NCBI GenBank assembly: GCA_028534125.1
Contig: CM052817.1
Location: 15,998,001 to 16,062,000, forward strand
Direction of reading: 5' to 3'
Source: Lama glama
Taxonomy: Eukaryota
Length of the DNA: 64,000 nt
How positions within the stretch are numbered: position 1 is the stretch's first letter; each line of letters begins with the position of its first letter. The notes beneath the pieces were generated by a model. That model saw only the letters and a program-made list of their open reading frames with translations, was not told the DNA's origin and ran no database searches. Shown here piece by piece: positions 38,186 to 50,205 of this stretch. The position numbers and the translations under genes are program-made.

Positions 38186-39859
38186 TTTACTGATCTTTGT
38201 ACCCTCAGGACTTTGCCCAGAGGTCTATTAAAACGTAGAGCTCAGTACATGTGTCTTAGCTAATTACATAAATGAACAGCACACAACTACTGGCTCGCCC
38301 GAGCTAGACCCTCTTGGAGAGTTTTGGGCTATAGAATCTAAAGGTAGTGAGCAGATTTGGAGAAGGTTCAGAGAAACTCAAGAAGATGGAAATGAAGAAT
38401 TATTCCTAAGGATTTAGGTTGCTTAGCCTTGAGGAGCAAAAGCTGAAGGCTGCTTTCATAATGATCTTCAAGGCCAGGAAGGCTGATTCCTGAAGACAGT
38501 GACTGAGCTGTTTTTCTCCACCTCCATGGAGGACGAAGGTGCAGGACTGGTCCTAGGCTGCAATGGGTGCAGTTTAAATCCGCCACAAGGAAGAATTTCT
38601 TTAACCTAAGAATCGTTTGTTAGACCCAGGAATGAGTTATGGAGAGAAGCTACAGAATGTCATCGGTCTTCAGCCTTTTGGACTTGCTTCTGCTCAGAGT
38701 GAGGAGCATGGAGGGTGAAAACCAACAGTGACGTGGCATCCCAAGGTCTCTTCTAGCTTTATAAATCGATGGTGTGTGACTCTCAGAAGCACATCAAACA
38801 CTTCATCTTCCTGGACCCAATGAAGGAATGAATGAGTGAGTCCCGGATACTTCAGAAGGCAACAAAAAATTACAATCAGCAAAAAAGCAGGGGACTTCTC
38901 AGACATACCATTGTGCCAGAAATGTAACAACAGAAGAAAAATGGAGCCTGTATTCTGATTAACCTAAACTCTTAAGGTTTCTACATTCAAAACATTTCTT
39001 ACTAGATCCATCTTACTCCTGCCATCAAGTTAGAACCAGTCAGTCTCTATCCTCAGGTGCTGATTTTATCCCATCATCACAATTTGCTCATTTGATAGAT
39101 GACATTAGTATCTTGAAGCAGAGATTTCTCTAAACATCAAGTAAACTCAAAATACAAACCACGATTCCATCGATTTCAATGTGGGGGCATATCAAACATG
39201 AAGAAACATATCCTTTCCTGAGAGCAGGAAACAACCTCAAACATACTTTTTTTCCTTCCTGTGTGGAAACGGAAATGCAAAGTAACCATGGAATTGGAAG
39301 GCAAGGTGGAGAGTAACACGAAACTATGTGTGCATTTGGTATTATTTCAATGATACAGTTCTGTTTTATTTTCAGTTATTTAAGAGATAAAAATCATACC
39401 CTTATAGAATGCTTTACATCAGACACAATTTTTTCAAACACACATTATTTCACTGAATTTTTACCTGGGAAGTGGTGTTTCCCATCTTACAGAGGAGGAA
39501 ACATATGAGAGAAAGAGAAAGGGACTTGCCTGAGGCCACACATCTGAGTCCAGTAGGCCTTCCCCAGTCAGGCCCTCTAGTTTCCAGGCCTACCGTTCCC
39601 CACAGACCTGCTGGGCACTGGGCCCGCCTGGTCTAGGCTCCACGGAGTAGTTAAGTGATCCTCACCTCTCTGAAACTTCCTCATCTACAAATTGAGGCTC
39701 TCTGGCTGCAAGCTCTTGGTCATATCCCTGATATTCTCACCTTCTCTGGGTTTTCTGAGTCCTCACAGGGTTTTGCTTAGCCTGCTGGTATAAAATACTG
39801 TAGGATTCATATTCATATTTCTCTAACTCTCCTCCACTGTTACGTTAGTTATTGCCCCC

Positions 39860-40680
39860 ACCATCATGAGCCCAAAAACCATCTTCTTCTCCAGCGATCT
39901 CTTTTCAGATGATGTCACTGATACCCAACTAGCCACCCTAAAGAGCCATTCGAGTCTCCACACCCTCACTCCCTGCATCAATCAATCACCAAATCCAGAG
40001 GCTGGTGTCTTCTAGATATTTTGGAATCTAACCTTCCATCTCCATCTTATTTCCACGGTCCAGCCAGCCCTCACTGAAGCAGCTTCTTAGCTGGGTTTCT
40101 GGCCTCTAGTCTGATTACAGTCTAATTTATCTTCCACACTGAAGCCAGAATGATATGTCTTTTTAAAAAAATGTTCATTTCTATGTCATGCCTCTGCTTA
40201 AAACCCATCTGTGGCTGTCCACTGCCATTTGAAGCTGTTTGGTCTGACCACACAGGAACTTTCTCCTTCCTGCTCCTTCAGACTCATCACCACTCCTGCC
40301 TCACCCTGAAAGGCCAGCACCAAAGGACACTAGCTGCTCAACACATACTTTGGAGACTCTGTCCTTCCTGTCCCTGACGTGTTCTCTCTCTTGGCCTAAA
40401 CACTCTTCCTAGCTCTTTGTCTGGCTTAAGTCCTTCTCTTTGTTTAGTTAGTGCCAGGTTACCTCCCCCATGCAACCCCTTAGGCAGATGGAAGGCCGCT
40501 CCTCTGTGCGTCCGTGACACATAGAACATTCTGTGGCTAGGACATCCTATAACGACCTGCTGTGCTCTCTCCACCATGACCCCTCAAGTTCAAAGGCAAT
40601 GTCTCTGGTCACCTTCTCATTCACTTAAGTGTGGATGTGCTTTGCACATGATACCCATTCAAGAAAACATTGAATGGCTG
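39860..40680 (+). mobile_element. L2 3' region
   Basis: atcaatcaatcaccaaatcc, ccacactgaagccagaatgat, cctctgcttaaaaccc. Confidence 0.7.
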
Positions 40681-40709
40681 ATCTCACTAAACAGAGGATG
40701 GATATAGAG

Positions 40710-40975
40710 CAGCTGACATGTATAGTGAGCACTGTGGGTCACTAAATGGTACTTACTGATGGGTTCGTCTAAGTTCTTTTCATAACTCGATTCATTTAAT
40801 CCTCACAACAACTTATAGGGTAGCTAGGATAATTATCTCCATTTTGTAGGTGAGGAAACTGAAGCACAGAGAGGTTAGAAACTGTACCAGTGTTACACAG
40901 TTAGAAATGGGCAACACCAAGGTTAGAACCCAGAAGTCTGGCCCTAGATCCTGTGTTCTCAATCCTTATGCTATT
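40710..40975 (-). mobile_element. MIR SINE, near full length
   Basis: catttaatcctcacaacaac...ccattttgtaggtgaggaaactgaagcacagagaggtta. Confidence 0.88.
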
Positions 40976-42049
40976 GCTCGTGCCCAAACAGGGATACTGT
41001 GATAAACAGAGGCATCTAAACAGACACAGGTAATATATTTCTAGCTCCGATTTTACAGATGGGAGAGTTGAGATCTAGGAAGTTTATGGGGAAGCAATCC
41101 AGAGAAAAGGAAGAAAGCTAAACAGGGGGTGCACACTTTTTGCTCCTCACTAACCAGCAGTCAAGCTCAGGGCAGTCACTTAGCCTTCCTCAGCCTTGGT
41201 TCTTCAAGTGTAAAATCAGGGCCTTGGGGCCACATTACATCTTAGCTTTCTTCCAGATCAAATTGGCAATTCAATTCAGTTAGGCAAACATCACCAGGGT
41301 TAAGCATGTGACAGGCTCAGTGCTAAGGGCAGAGACACAGGCAAACAAGATGCATCTCTACCCTTTAGGAATTCATCTTCTGGTGGGGGAGACAGGTACA
41401 GGCAGACAGTATTGATAGACGAATTCACAATGGCCACACTGTGGTCTTAAACAGGACCATCCCAAGATAAAACATTACCTCATTAGAAGAAATGAATCCT
41501 TTGCCCCTCTATAATGTCTTACAACTGACCATTGCCCAGAACAATGAAGCATCAGTGTCTCCTCCCACCTTCTCTCCAACGCCCCATTCAAGCATGATCA
41601 GCTCGGTTTAAGAAGCAAAGGCACTGCCTTTAGTAAATTTGCCAGGAGTCAGATGGTTACCTGGTGGCCTAAGTCACTGCCATCTTGGTTCCCAGCTTCT
41701 CCCAGAGATGAAATGGGCTATGTGAGACCGGAGCATTAACCCTGCTCTTGGTTTTTCAGTACAGGTTATATTCTTAAATGGATTTTTAGATTTATAGTTG
41801 ATTCTAGAAATTGCATCTAGTTCATTTCCAACTTCCATGGGTAAGCTGGTTCATTTAAGGCAAACAGCATCCAATTAAAATACATTCTGGAAATATGAGG
41901 GAGCAAGGCATTTTTGCCCAAATCTTAACTTATTAAAAAAAAAACTATCAGGGGAGTTCTCAAGGACCAGATGTCATCACATCATGATGAGATGAGATAG
42001 TTAAAATATGTATGATCAATCTGTAATCTGAAAATAAACTCTGAGAGGC

Positions 42050-42270
42050 AGCCTTGTATAGGGTACAGGCTTTGGGGCCGGTCTGAGTGGGTCCACATCC
42101 CTTTTTATCATCTCAGATGATATGATGTAGCTGTGTGACCTTGGACATGTTCCTTAACACTGTTGAGCCTCAGTTTCCCCATCTGTATAATAGGAATAAA
42201 TAATATCTGTCTGTCAGAGTACTTGTAAGAATTTAAAATGTAGCTTAGAGCCTGGAAGAGAGTAAGGGTT
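42050..42270 (+). mobile_element. MIR SINE
   Basis: tagctgtgtgaccttggac...gagcctcagtttccccatctgta. Confidence 0.85.
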
Positions 42271-44694
42271 AAAAAATAAACTACAAAAAACATTTTATTA
42301 AAATCTTAATGATTCAGAAATTGATTATTCCATTAGAAGATCGTCATGCTTTTTCATTTTCTTCCTCTTTCTTCCTGCCTGCCCACGTCACAGCTGCTCA
42401 TAAGCTATTATTCCACGAGATAAAAAATGAGATAAAATTCAGTTCAGATGGTAAAGCAGTCAAAGTGGGAAGAGCACCACCACTGGAGTCAAACAGGAAT
42501 GGATTTGAATACTGGATGGCTTTGGACGGGTTATGTAGCCTCCTTGAGTCTTAATTTCTTTATCTATAAAATGCGGGTAATCATATCCACCTTTTAGGCT
42601 TCTTAGGAAGATTGGAGTGTGCATGTATGTTTGTTTACACACACATACACAAACACACACAAACTCTAGCACTGCTTGGTAAATAGTAGCTAGGTAAAAA
42701 AGTATTGGATCAAGACGTTGTACTTGGTTAAACTGAAGCTTCAGTTTCAGTCATGATTTGTTTTTAATATGTCCCCAACTCCATCACTACCATGAATAAC
42801 CAAAAGAAGTCACTCTCACGACAAAGGTCTTACAACTAATGCCATCAGATTTCATTTCCTCCTTTAGGGACAGCTTGAGCGTCGGCTGAAATGGGGTGAC
42901 TCTGTGGATGTGAGGACCCAGCACGGTGACAAAGATGGCTGGAGAGTGTGGGCACAGCACCGGAAGCAGTGAAGCAGGGTCTGACACACTGTGACCCACA
43001 GTGCCAGGCATGACCCAGAGTCAGGGAGGATGCCCTTTCCAAAACCAGTACCTCCAGCAGCTACAGGGAGAGCTTCAGTTACCATAACACCAATGGCAAG
43101 AGTCAGCTGGTACAGGATCATGTCTTTGGAGGCCAGGAGCCTGGAGAACACTTTCACTATCTGCCTTTTGGGAAATCACTAAGCCAAAAGTTCCTGGGAT
43201 GCTAACCCTGATAGGACACATGCTTTTTCTCAAGAACATTTGGATTTCATGTTCCTAGTTTAAATATTTTGTCCACAGAGATCTCTGAGTCATCTCCTCA
43301 CATCCTTCATCCCTTCATCCTCCCTTGGAAGGAAGATGGTGTAAAAGATGCCAACTTTCTAAAGGAAAGCACATAAACAAAAGACAAAAAATCCAAAAGT
43401 CACATCAACATACCATAAAATATCTGAATATCTCTTTAGACCCCCTGGGGACCTACCATGTGACGTTCTCAAAGTAGCATGCCGAGATTCATGTGTACGC
43501 CTTCCTGCTTCCTAAATAACACTCCCACTCAAAGTGGAAGGACTCCAATTCCATGACAGGCTGGAGGATGTTTTTCCAAAGCGCCTTACTTAACATCACA
43601 TTGCTTAGAACAGAATATACCTGTCAATATCAGTACTACATTTCACTGAAATCTCTATGGCAAAGGAGAAATCTTCTGAAAAGAGTTTCTCCGTTTATAA
43701 AAAAAAAAAAATGGAGAATTATTTTTTAAAAATGAGGCTGAAAATCAACTCATCTTGAATCACCATTTTTATAGGAAACTTTCTGCTCTAGACGAAATGG
43801 AAAATCACAGTTTCACTTTATCCAACACCACCCATAAGAAATGCTTCATGTACGGAAGTATTCTTTTTTCCATAAGGCAGCAGCATGAGAAAAAAAAAAA
43901 AAGGGGCTCTGGCATGGCTCTTCAATATTGTTGTCTAATTAAATGGCAATGGAGTGGATGCGTAAAAATATGCATTAGAGGTGTGTAATGTGTAATGTGA
44001 AGAAGAGTAATCAAAGCCATTCAACAGGATTTAGGAAGGGATTTCAGTTGGCAGCTTACGAGGCAGGAGCATATAATTTTGCTAATTTGAAATAGGTATT
44101 GTAACATATAAACATTACTGCTTTGCATATTTTAATGAAAACTGCCTCTACACCAAAATGAATCCTTTAGCTCGAACTTTCTGCATACCACCAAGCTTCT
44201 ACCTATTATGGGTTCGGCATAAATAAGAAAGGCATGTAAGCTGCATTAAAAGAATGGTCACCTCATTAAAATAGGTTAAAACCAAGCCCCTTATTCCAAG
44301 TTCCTATAACAACATAATGTATGTCTGATGACAGGTGTTGTATTAAATTTTTATATCGCAATGAACTTATACTCACACAAACCAAATCTCCACATTTCCT
44401 TTGATATACACCTGCAACTTGTTAATTCAAGGGCCTTTATTAAGAAAGTATAAATTTAGCAACCTCTATAGATTTGTAAAACTCCATTAGTTTGCTCAAG
44501 AATCTAGAGGAATTCACTTGGAGTCTTATTTGCATGGTTTACAAAGAAACGGAAATTAATGATGACTTTTTCCCAAATGGATGTGCCTGCAGAGAACGCA
44601 TTTGTGCAAACAGACTGATGTGAATTACCCAGACTTGGGCTAAAAGAGTTGAGAGAGAGATTTGGGTCCGTCTGGAGCTGAGAACATCACTTAC

Positions 44695-44763
44695 CGGCCA
44701 GCTCGCTTCTCGCTGAAGTCCTTTTTTCCAGTCTTCTTCCAGCCTGGGGGAGGTCTCATCCAT
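44695..44763 (-). CDS. PPARGC1A: Coding part of the alternative (CNS-type) exon B5 of PGC-1alpha; 23 codons, expected to splice in phase 0 to PPARGC1A exon 2 outside the window
   Basis: Minus strand reads ATG GAT GAG ACC TCC CCC AGG CTG GAA GAA GAC TGG AAA AAA GGA CTT CAG CGA GAA GCG AGC TGG CCG|GTAAGT. The peptide is 20/23 identical to the human B5 N-terminus as I recall it. Kozak context GCAATGG (-3 G, +4 G), in-frame upstream TAA at 44776-44778, and a donor exactly after codon 23. Confidence 0.88.
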
Positions 44764-44860
44764 TGCTGATGCTGCTTACACAAACTGGATTCGCCAGTGG
44801 CTGTTACTCTTTCGGTGCAAGCCTTTACCAAAGCGGCAGCGAGGGCAGTTCAGGGGCAGA
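44764..44860 (-). other. PPARGC1A: Predicted 5' UTR portion of exon B5 (whole exon 44695-44860, 166 nt)
   Basis: Acceptor cattttctccatgacAG|TCTGCC (AG at 44862-44861), preceded by about 80 nt of pyrimidine-rich sequence with no other AG. No ATG between the acceptor and the B5 start codon. Confidence 0.55.
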
Positions 44861-45152
44861 CTGTCATGGAGAAAATGCCATGCCAGAGGATGAGGGATCA
44901 GGCAGGAAGAAGCCACGCGGGAACAAATTTGGGATACACGGGGCTACCCTGACAGCTGCCAACTGGCCAGGCAGGAGGCCAGCTCAGCCACTGAGCGTCC
45001 AGAGATTAGGAACAACCGAGCTCCAGGGCCAGTGGACAATGGGTCATTCTTATGCTTCTGGCATAAAGGTCAGACGAGGGAAGTGCGAAGGCATGCTCTA
45101 TGACCTAGAAATGTGCATTTCTATGTGCGTTCCCGTCTTTCCTCATCCCAAA

Positions 45153-45188
45153 ACACACACGCGCGCGCACACACACAAACACACACAC
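45153..45188. repeat. (CA)n(CG)n(CA)n alternating purine-pyrimidine tract
   Basis: acacacacgcgcgcgcacacacaca at 45153-45177. Confidence 0.9.
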
Positions 45189-45686
45189 TCACAGCAGAAT
45201 TTGCATTATTCTGCAGGGTTGCATCAGTGGGCTAGAGTATCCTGGAAGAAATAAGCTACTTTACATAGAAGCAACACATTTCATTTGAGCACATCTCCCC
45301 CAGCACCGTATGAATCACTCAGCAGCCAGTAAACATGAACAGCAAGTTCCTTTGGGAGAAAATGGACTCATTCCTATAGTTGAATCCTGAGCATCTATAG
45401 TCCCTGGTTCCCCCGCATAGGGAGTTCTGCGGCAGGCACTTCAGCTGACCGTGGACCTCAACCCTTTCCCCAAACCATTAGCCAAAATGACAAGAGACAT
45501 CAGCTTGGATGAACTCCTCAATCCTGGGGACTCAACAAAGCCAAGCCCAACCAAACCCTGCCCTGTTTCATTACTATTTCTCATACAGAATGATACTCTC
45601 TCCTGCTGCTCAGAATTGATTACCTGTAGTTTTGAGACATGCAGCTGGGGCTAGTGCCAACTGCATCTACTTCCTTTCCATTAAAA

Positions 45687-45868
45687 CAGTGGTCATTGAA
45701 CTTGGTGGCACAATAGAATCAGCTCGGAAGATCTGTGAAAACACCGTCACAGGAGCCTCCTCCCTAGGGATTCTGATTTAATTGGTAGGAATGGGGCCCG
45801 AGACACTGTTACAGTTGGTAAAAATCCCACTGGATGATTCCATTGAGTGCCCAGAATTAGAATCACAA
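45687..45868. mobile_element. MER5B-like hAT-Charlie element
   Basis: cagtggtcattgaactt...tagaatca...gattctgatttaattggt...tggggcc...gatgattc. Confidence 0.75.
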
Positions 45869-47303
45869 AACTGAGGATTGAGTGTCAATTAAGGTTTCTC
45901 TAATCTAATCACTTAGCTGATGCCGGAATCCCCAAGATCCTGCCAATACCCATACGAACAGTGCTCCTACCGCCAATGACAGCCAACGCGCTACCTCCCA
46001 AGCCAGTCCTGGTCCATGGTTGATTGTTTTCTCCCAAAATGAACTGACATCCTTCTCCCTGCAACTTCCCTCGCTGTACAATTTCTTAATTTCATAAAGA
46101 ATTCTAAAGCCTATTCTGTAGGACAGCCCTTCAGCAATCCAAAGACAGCAGCAGCCCATGCCCTCAAGCCTCTGCTTAAGTGTCTCTTAGCCAAGTTAGA
46201 ACTTGCTAGTTTCTTCAGCACATCATGGAAAGATAAGCTTCAGGTAATTTCTCCATCCTGGCTTGCCAGCCTCAAAATAGATTCCACTATCCCTAGTGAT
46301 AGTGATTCTCATATTCCAGAAGTGATTGTAAGATTCCCCACTACGATCTACCATTGCACATAGAGCCTCATAACCCCATGTCTTATTTTTTAAATCCCCA
46401 CAGTAACCACCACCGTAATAATACGATCAGCCAGTATTTACTGAGTATGGACCTACATACCTGGTACTTTGAATGCTTTATTAACCTCACCTCATTTATC
46501 CTTTAAGAACATACCCTGAAGTCATCATTTTGCTCCTGCTTTACAGATGAAAAACCCAAGGGAGACAAAGCTGTTTGCCTAGGTGATGGGCCAGGAGGTA
46601 GCCCAGATCTGACCCCAAGGCCCGTGTTCCCAATCCCTGCTTCATGCTAGTCAGTCTCTTTCACTGATGCAGCCCCAGGTCCCATTTTGACCATCGCACC
46701 TCACTGATATGGCATCCGTGTCAATTAGTACATTTAGGTTTGCTGTCATCTTCAGGTTATACACGAATGGGTTTTGTCGGCTACAAATTGCCACACAAGC
46801 ATAACTTGCCATTGTTATCCTTTTAATAATGACAAGACTATCTACCTTCTGCCTCACTTCTAGCAAAGCAGAGAAATGCAAAATCTTCCCTTCACTGGCT
46901 TGGCGCCTCTCTTTTACTGGGAATATTCAGGTGCTTCTTCAGAGGTTACCCCGAAGGGTAAGAGAGAAAGCCCAGAGGAGAAAGGGTCCAGAAAATCTCC
47001 CCAGAGACTAGACTCAAAGGAAGCCTCACCAATCACCTGGTTCTTCCCCATTTCCTCTAAATCCTTACCGACAGGACTCCATAAGGACAACTGGGGCAAT
47101 TAGTTTTAACATTTGAATCACACCATCTTCAAGGCAGTTGAATCTGTTCTTACGAAAGGAAGTACACAAAGTGGTTGGACTTAGTCTTTGAAATCAGACA
47201 GAGGTTGAGTAGCAGCTGCATCACTATCTAGTTCTGTATCCCTGGGCAGTTCCCCTAACCTTTCTGGACCCTGGTTTCCACATTTGGAAAAGGGAGGTGG
47301 TAT

Positions 47304-47694
47304 TGTTTCAAGCATATTATTGTTCATGAGTATCTGACTCCCATCTGTTCCAGGCACATAGTAAGATTGCATTTCCTTAAATTCCTTACAATTAGCCATA
47401 ACCACATGTCTTGTTTTGGCCGATAAAATGTAAGAAAAGCGATGGGTATCACTTCTCAGGGGGAGGCCTTAATCATCAGCACCTGACTTTAAGCCAACTC
47501 TCCCCTACTGCAGTGGCTGCATGTGTTGATAAGAGCACCTTAACATCAAAACAGACTCGAAGGCTGAACCAACTCATGGAGAACAATTGTCCTGGAGAGT
47601 CACCTGGACCAACCACAGGCATTATGGGAACAAGAAAGAAGCTTCCAGGATTGTTTGTTTTCACAGCATAACCTAACCTACCCTGACCAAAACA
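47304..47694 (+). mobile_element. MaLR LTR (MLT1I/J-like) inserted in a MIR
   Basis: TG...CA ends; ttgttttggccgataaaatgtaag; terminal cagcataacctaacctaccctgaccaaaaca. MIR halves at about 47165-47303 and 47695-47780. Confidence 0.8.
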
Positions 47695-48394
47695 CTGTCC
47701 TTACCATAGAGTTGTTGTAAGCATCAAATGAAATAATCTCGCTAGAGCACTGTCACAAGCATCGAGTAAGTCACAATATTATTTTAAATAAATCCTGTTA
47801 CAAGCCAGTCTGTTCTACCCACATCCCACATATTCCACTATTTCCTCCTTCTTTTATAGCCTGGGTTTTTCCTGCTCATAAAATAGTAGCATTAAGTGTG
47901 GCAATTTCCCTAGACGATGTAGAAATAGGAATTTTAAAAAGAAAGGATAAAAGTGTTCAATAATGCAGCGTCACTCTGTCTCAGAAAGCAAACTCAGAAT
48001 AGCATGACTTTAATGCCACTTATCATTTAGCAAGGAAATTAATGAAAACAAAATGAAGCATCAAATACTAAATGTAGTTCAAGGATGAATTCACTACTGA
48101 TAAAATAAAGTACACGTCTTCAAAATGTAAACACATGAATATAGGAGCTTATTAAATAGCACAGCTTTTATTCCCTATTCTTAAATTAAGCAATCAAAAC
48201 ATATTTCATTTTGTTTCTTTCTTTGTAAATATTTCCATTAAAGGAAGGTTCAACTATAAAAACTAAAGTGTAAGGAAAGCAGATTGCAACACTGACATTT
48301 GAAGACACAAACTCAAACCTGCTTTGAAACACTGTTGGGAGAGTCTTTTTAAAAAAAATATTTTGCAAATGCAAATGCTAAAAACTATGCCCTA

Positions 48395-48661
48395 TGTTAT
48401 GAGTCGAATTGTGTCCTCCCCCTAAAATAGACTGGAATCCTACCCCTAATACTTCAGAATGGGGTCTTACTTGGATATAGGGTCTTTACATAGGTATCCA
48501 AGCCAAAATAAATTTGGGATGGGTCTTAATCCAAAATGACTGGCTTTCTTATCAAAAAGGGGAAATGTGGACATAGGACAAAAGCACACAGAGAGAATGC
48601 CACGTGAAGATGAAGGCAGAGATTGGGGTGATGCATCTACAAGCCAAGGGTGGCCAGCAAA
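48395..48661 (+). mobile_element. MaLR LTR (MLT1B/C-like), 3'-truncated
   Basis: tgttatgagtcgaattgtgtcc...atagggtctttaca...cacgtgaagatgaaggcagagattggggtgatgcatctacaagccaagg. Confidence 0.9.
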
Positions 48662-49729
48662 TCATTATTTTTCCCTCAAGATAAGCAGCTTGTTAAGAAT
48701 ATGCTGACTAATATGGAACAGAGCTTTGGAATTTGTAACATTTTCCTTAAGGAAAAGTTACATGAAAAAATAAAAAAGGAAACACCTATACAAAATGCAT
48801 CAATTCTCTCTTGATTTTAAGGAAAATTCCTCTAATTTATAGACCAAAAATGGGTTACTTCATTTTAAGAATCAAAGAACTAAAATTTAAGGGGTTTCCC
48901 GGTCACTTAAGCCATGCATTCCACAGTGTTCTATGATGGTAAAATAGGGCACTTTAACCTGCTCTCCAGGATGCAGATATTTGGTCTAGAAGAGAAAATG
49001 AAAGAAAGCTTGGGGTGGGGAGAGCAGGGGGACATTGATGAATATAAGTACAGAGCCAAGGAGTCCCCAGGCATGGAAGAAACTGATGGTCCTTCACCCA
49101 CCAATAGGGTTTTGTACACACTGTCACTTAACACACCTGGGCTAGAATTTTTATGGGTTCCTACCAGCCATTTTATTATACATTCTCAATTTCAATCCAT
49201 TCCCAATGAAATTTTAAAGGACATTTTCCCAAAAACTTTTACTTCTGTTTTTTGCTCATTTTTTATTAGAAGCCAGGAGTAAGGTGTTTACCTTTAGAAA
49301 TTTGCTTCACAAAAAATCTATAATAAATGTGTCAAATGTGCAACAGCAGAGGTGTCTGTACGTTAACCCTCACAAAACAAAGTAAAAACAAAGAAACAAA
49401 TGAAAACAGGTGTCATAAAAGTGAGAAATCTGAAAAAGATGAACTCTGGCAACGTAGTCTTATTTTGGAAAGGAAAAAAATAGAACGTTGGTTTCCATTC
49501 CACTGTTTCACTGGAATAATTAATGCTTACCATGCCCTTTGTAAAATATCTAAACCAAACTACAGTGATGCCCACAGGATTGTGGCCAATAGAACACTGT
49601 AGCTAGGAGAGTATTTTCTTGAACATCTATGTACTTTGGCTCCCATGTAGCTGAATTGTATGCTTACCAAGATTCACCTGTGTTTGTTCCCAATCCTGTT
49701 TATACCAGTGGTGCCCATTAATGCAATTA

Positions 49730-50205
49730 CGTAATTAAATAGTTTATCTATAAAATATGAGTTTCAATGGAAAGGCAGTTGCTGCTTTCATGAAACTAGT
49801 CAAATGCTTTGGAAAGAAAAATCGCTTTAAAAATTTTGCTGTTGTGGGGGCAGGGATTATAAAAATCTACACAGATACTCTACTCAGGTGACTGGTCACT
49901 GCCTTAAAATTCTTAATTCACTTTGAAGAAATTGAAACTGGAATTTACAGAGGTTCCTCTAGGGATATAGCTTATACAAAAAAAAAAAAAAAAGCCCCCA
50001 GAACTCCACTCTGTGGACTGCTAACCTAGAGAAAAGGCCTTGGCCCCCCAGCAATATACTAGTGGATAAATGTGTATTTATGGATTTTAAGCAAAAGTCA
50101 AATTTTTGTGTATGTACATGATTTATGATCCCCCAACTTAATCAGTTTATATGATTAATCAGTCAACAACCATTTTCAATTGTATGCAATAAGAAGGCTT
50201 CCATG
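49730..50205 (+). mobile_element. Decayed TcMar-Tigger relic (Tigger12-like)
   Basis: caaatgctttggaaaga, aaattgaaactggaa, agagaaaaggccttggccc; terminal ataagaaggcttcca. Confidence 0.55.

Larger units (their letters stand above)
1..44694 (-). other. PPARGC1A: Part of the long intron between exon B5 and exon 2
   Basis: Begins at the GTAAGT donor (44694-44689). No exon 1 (MAWDMC...) or exon 2 (CAALVGEDQP...) peptide seen in the window. Inferred from the known human locus structure. Confidence 0.7.

Noticed and set aside
44763..45254. 163-aa plus-strand ORF antisense to B5
   Set aside because: TTG start, runs through a CA microsatellite, no recognisable homology.
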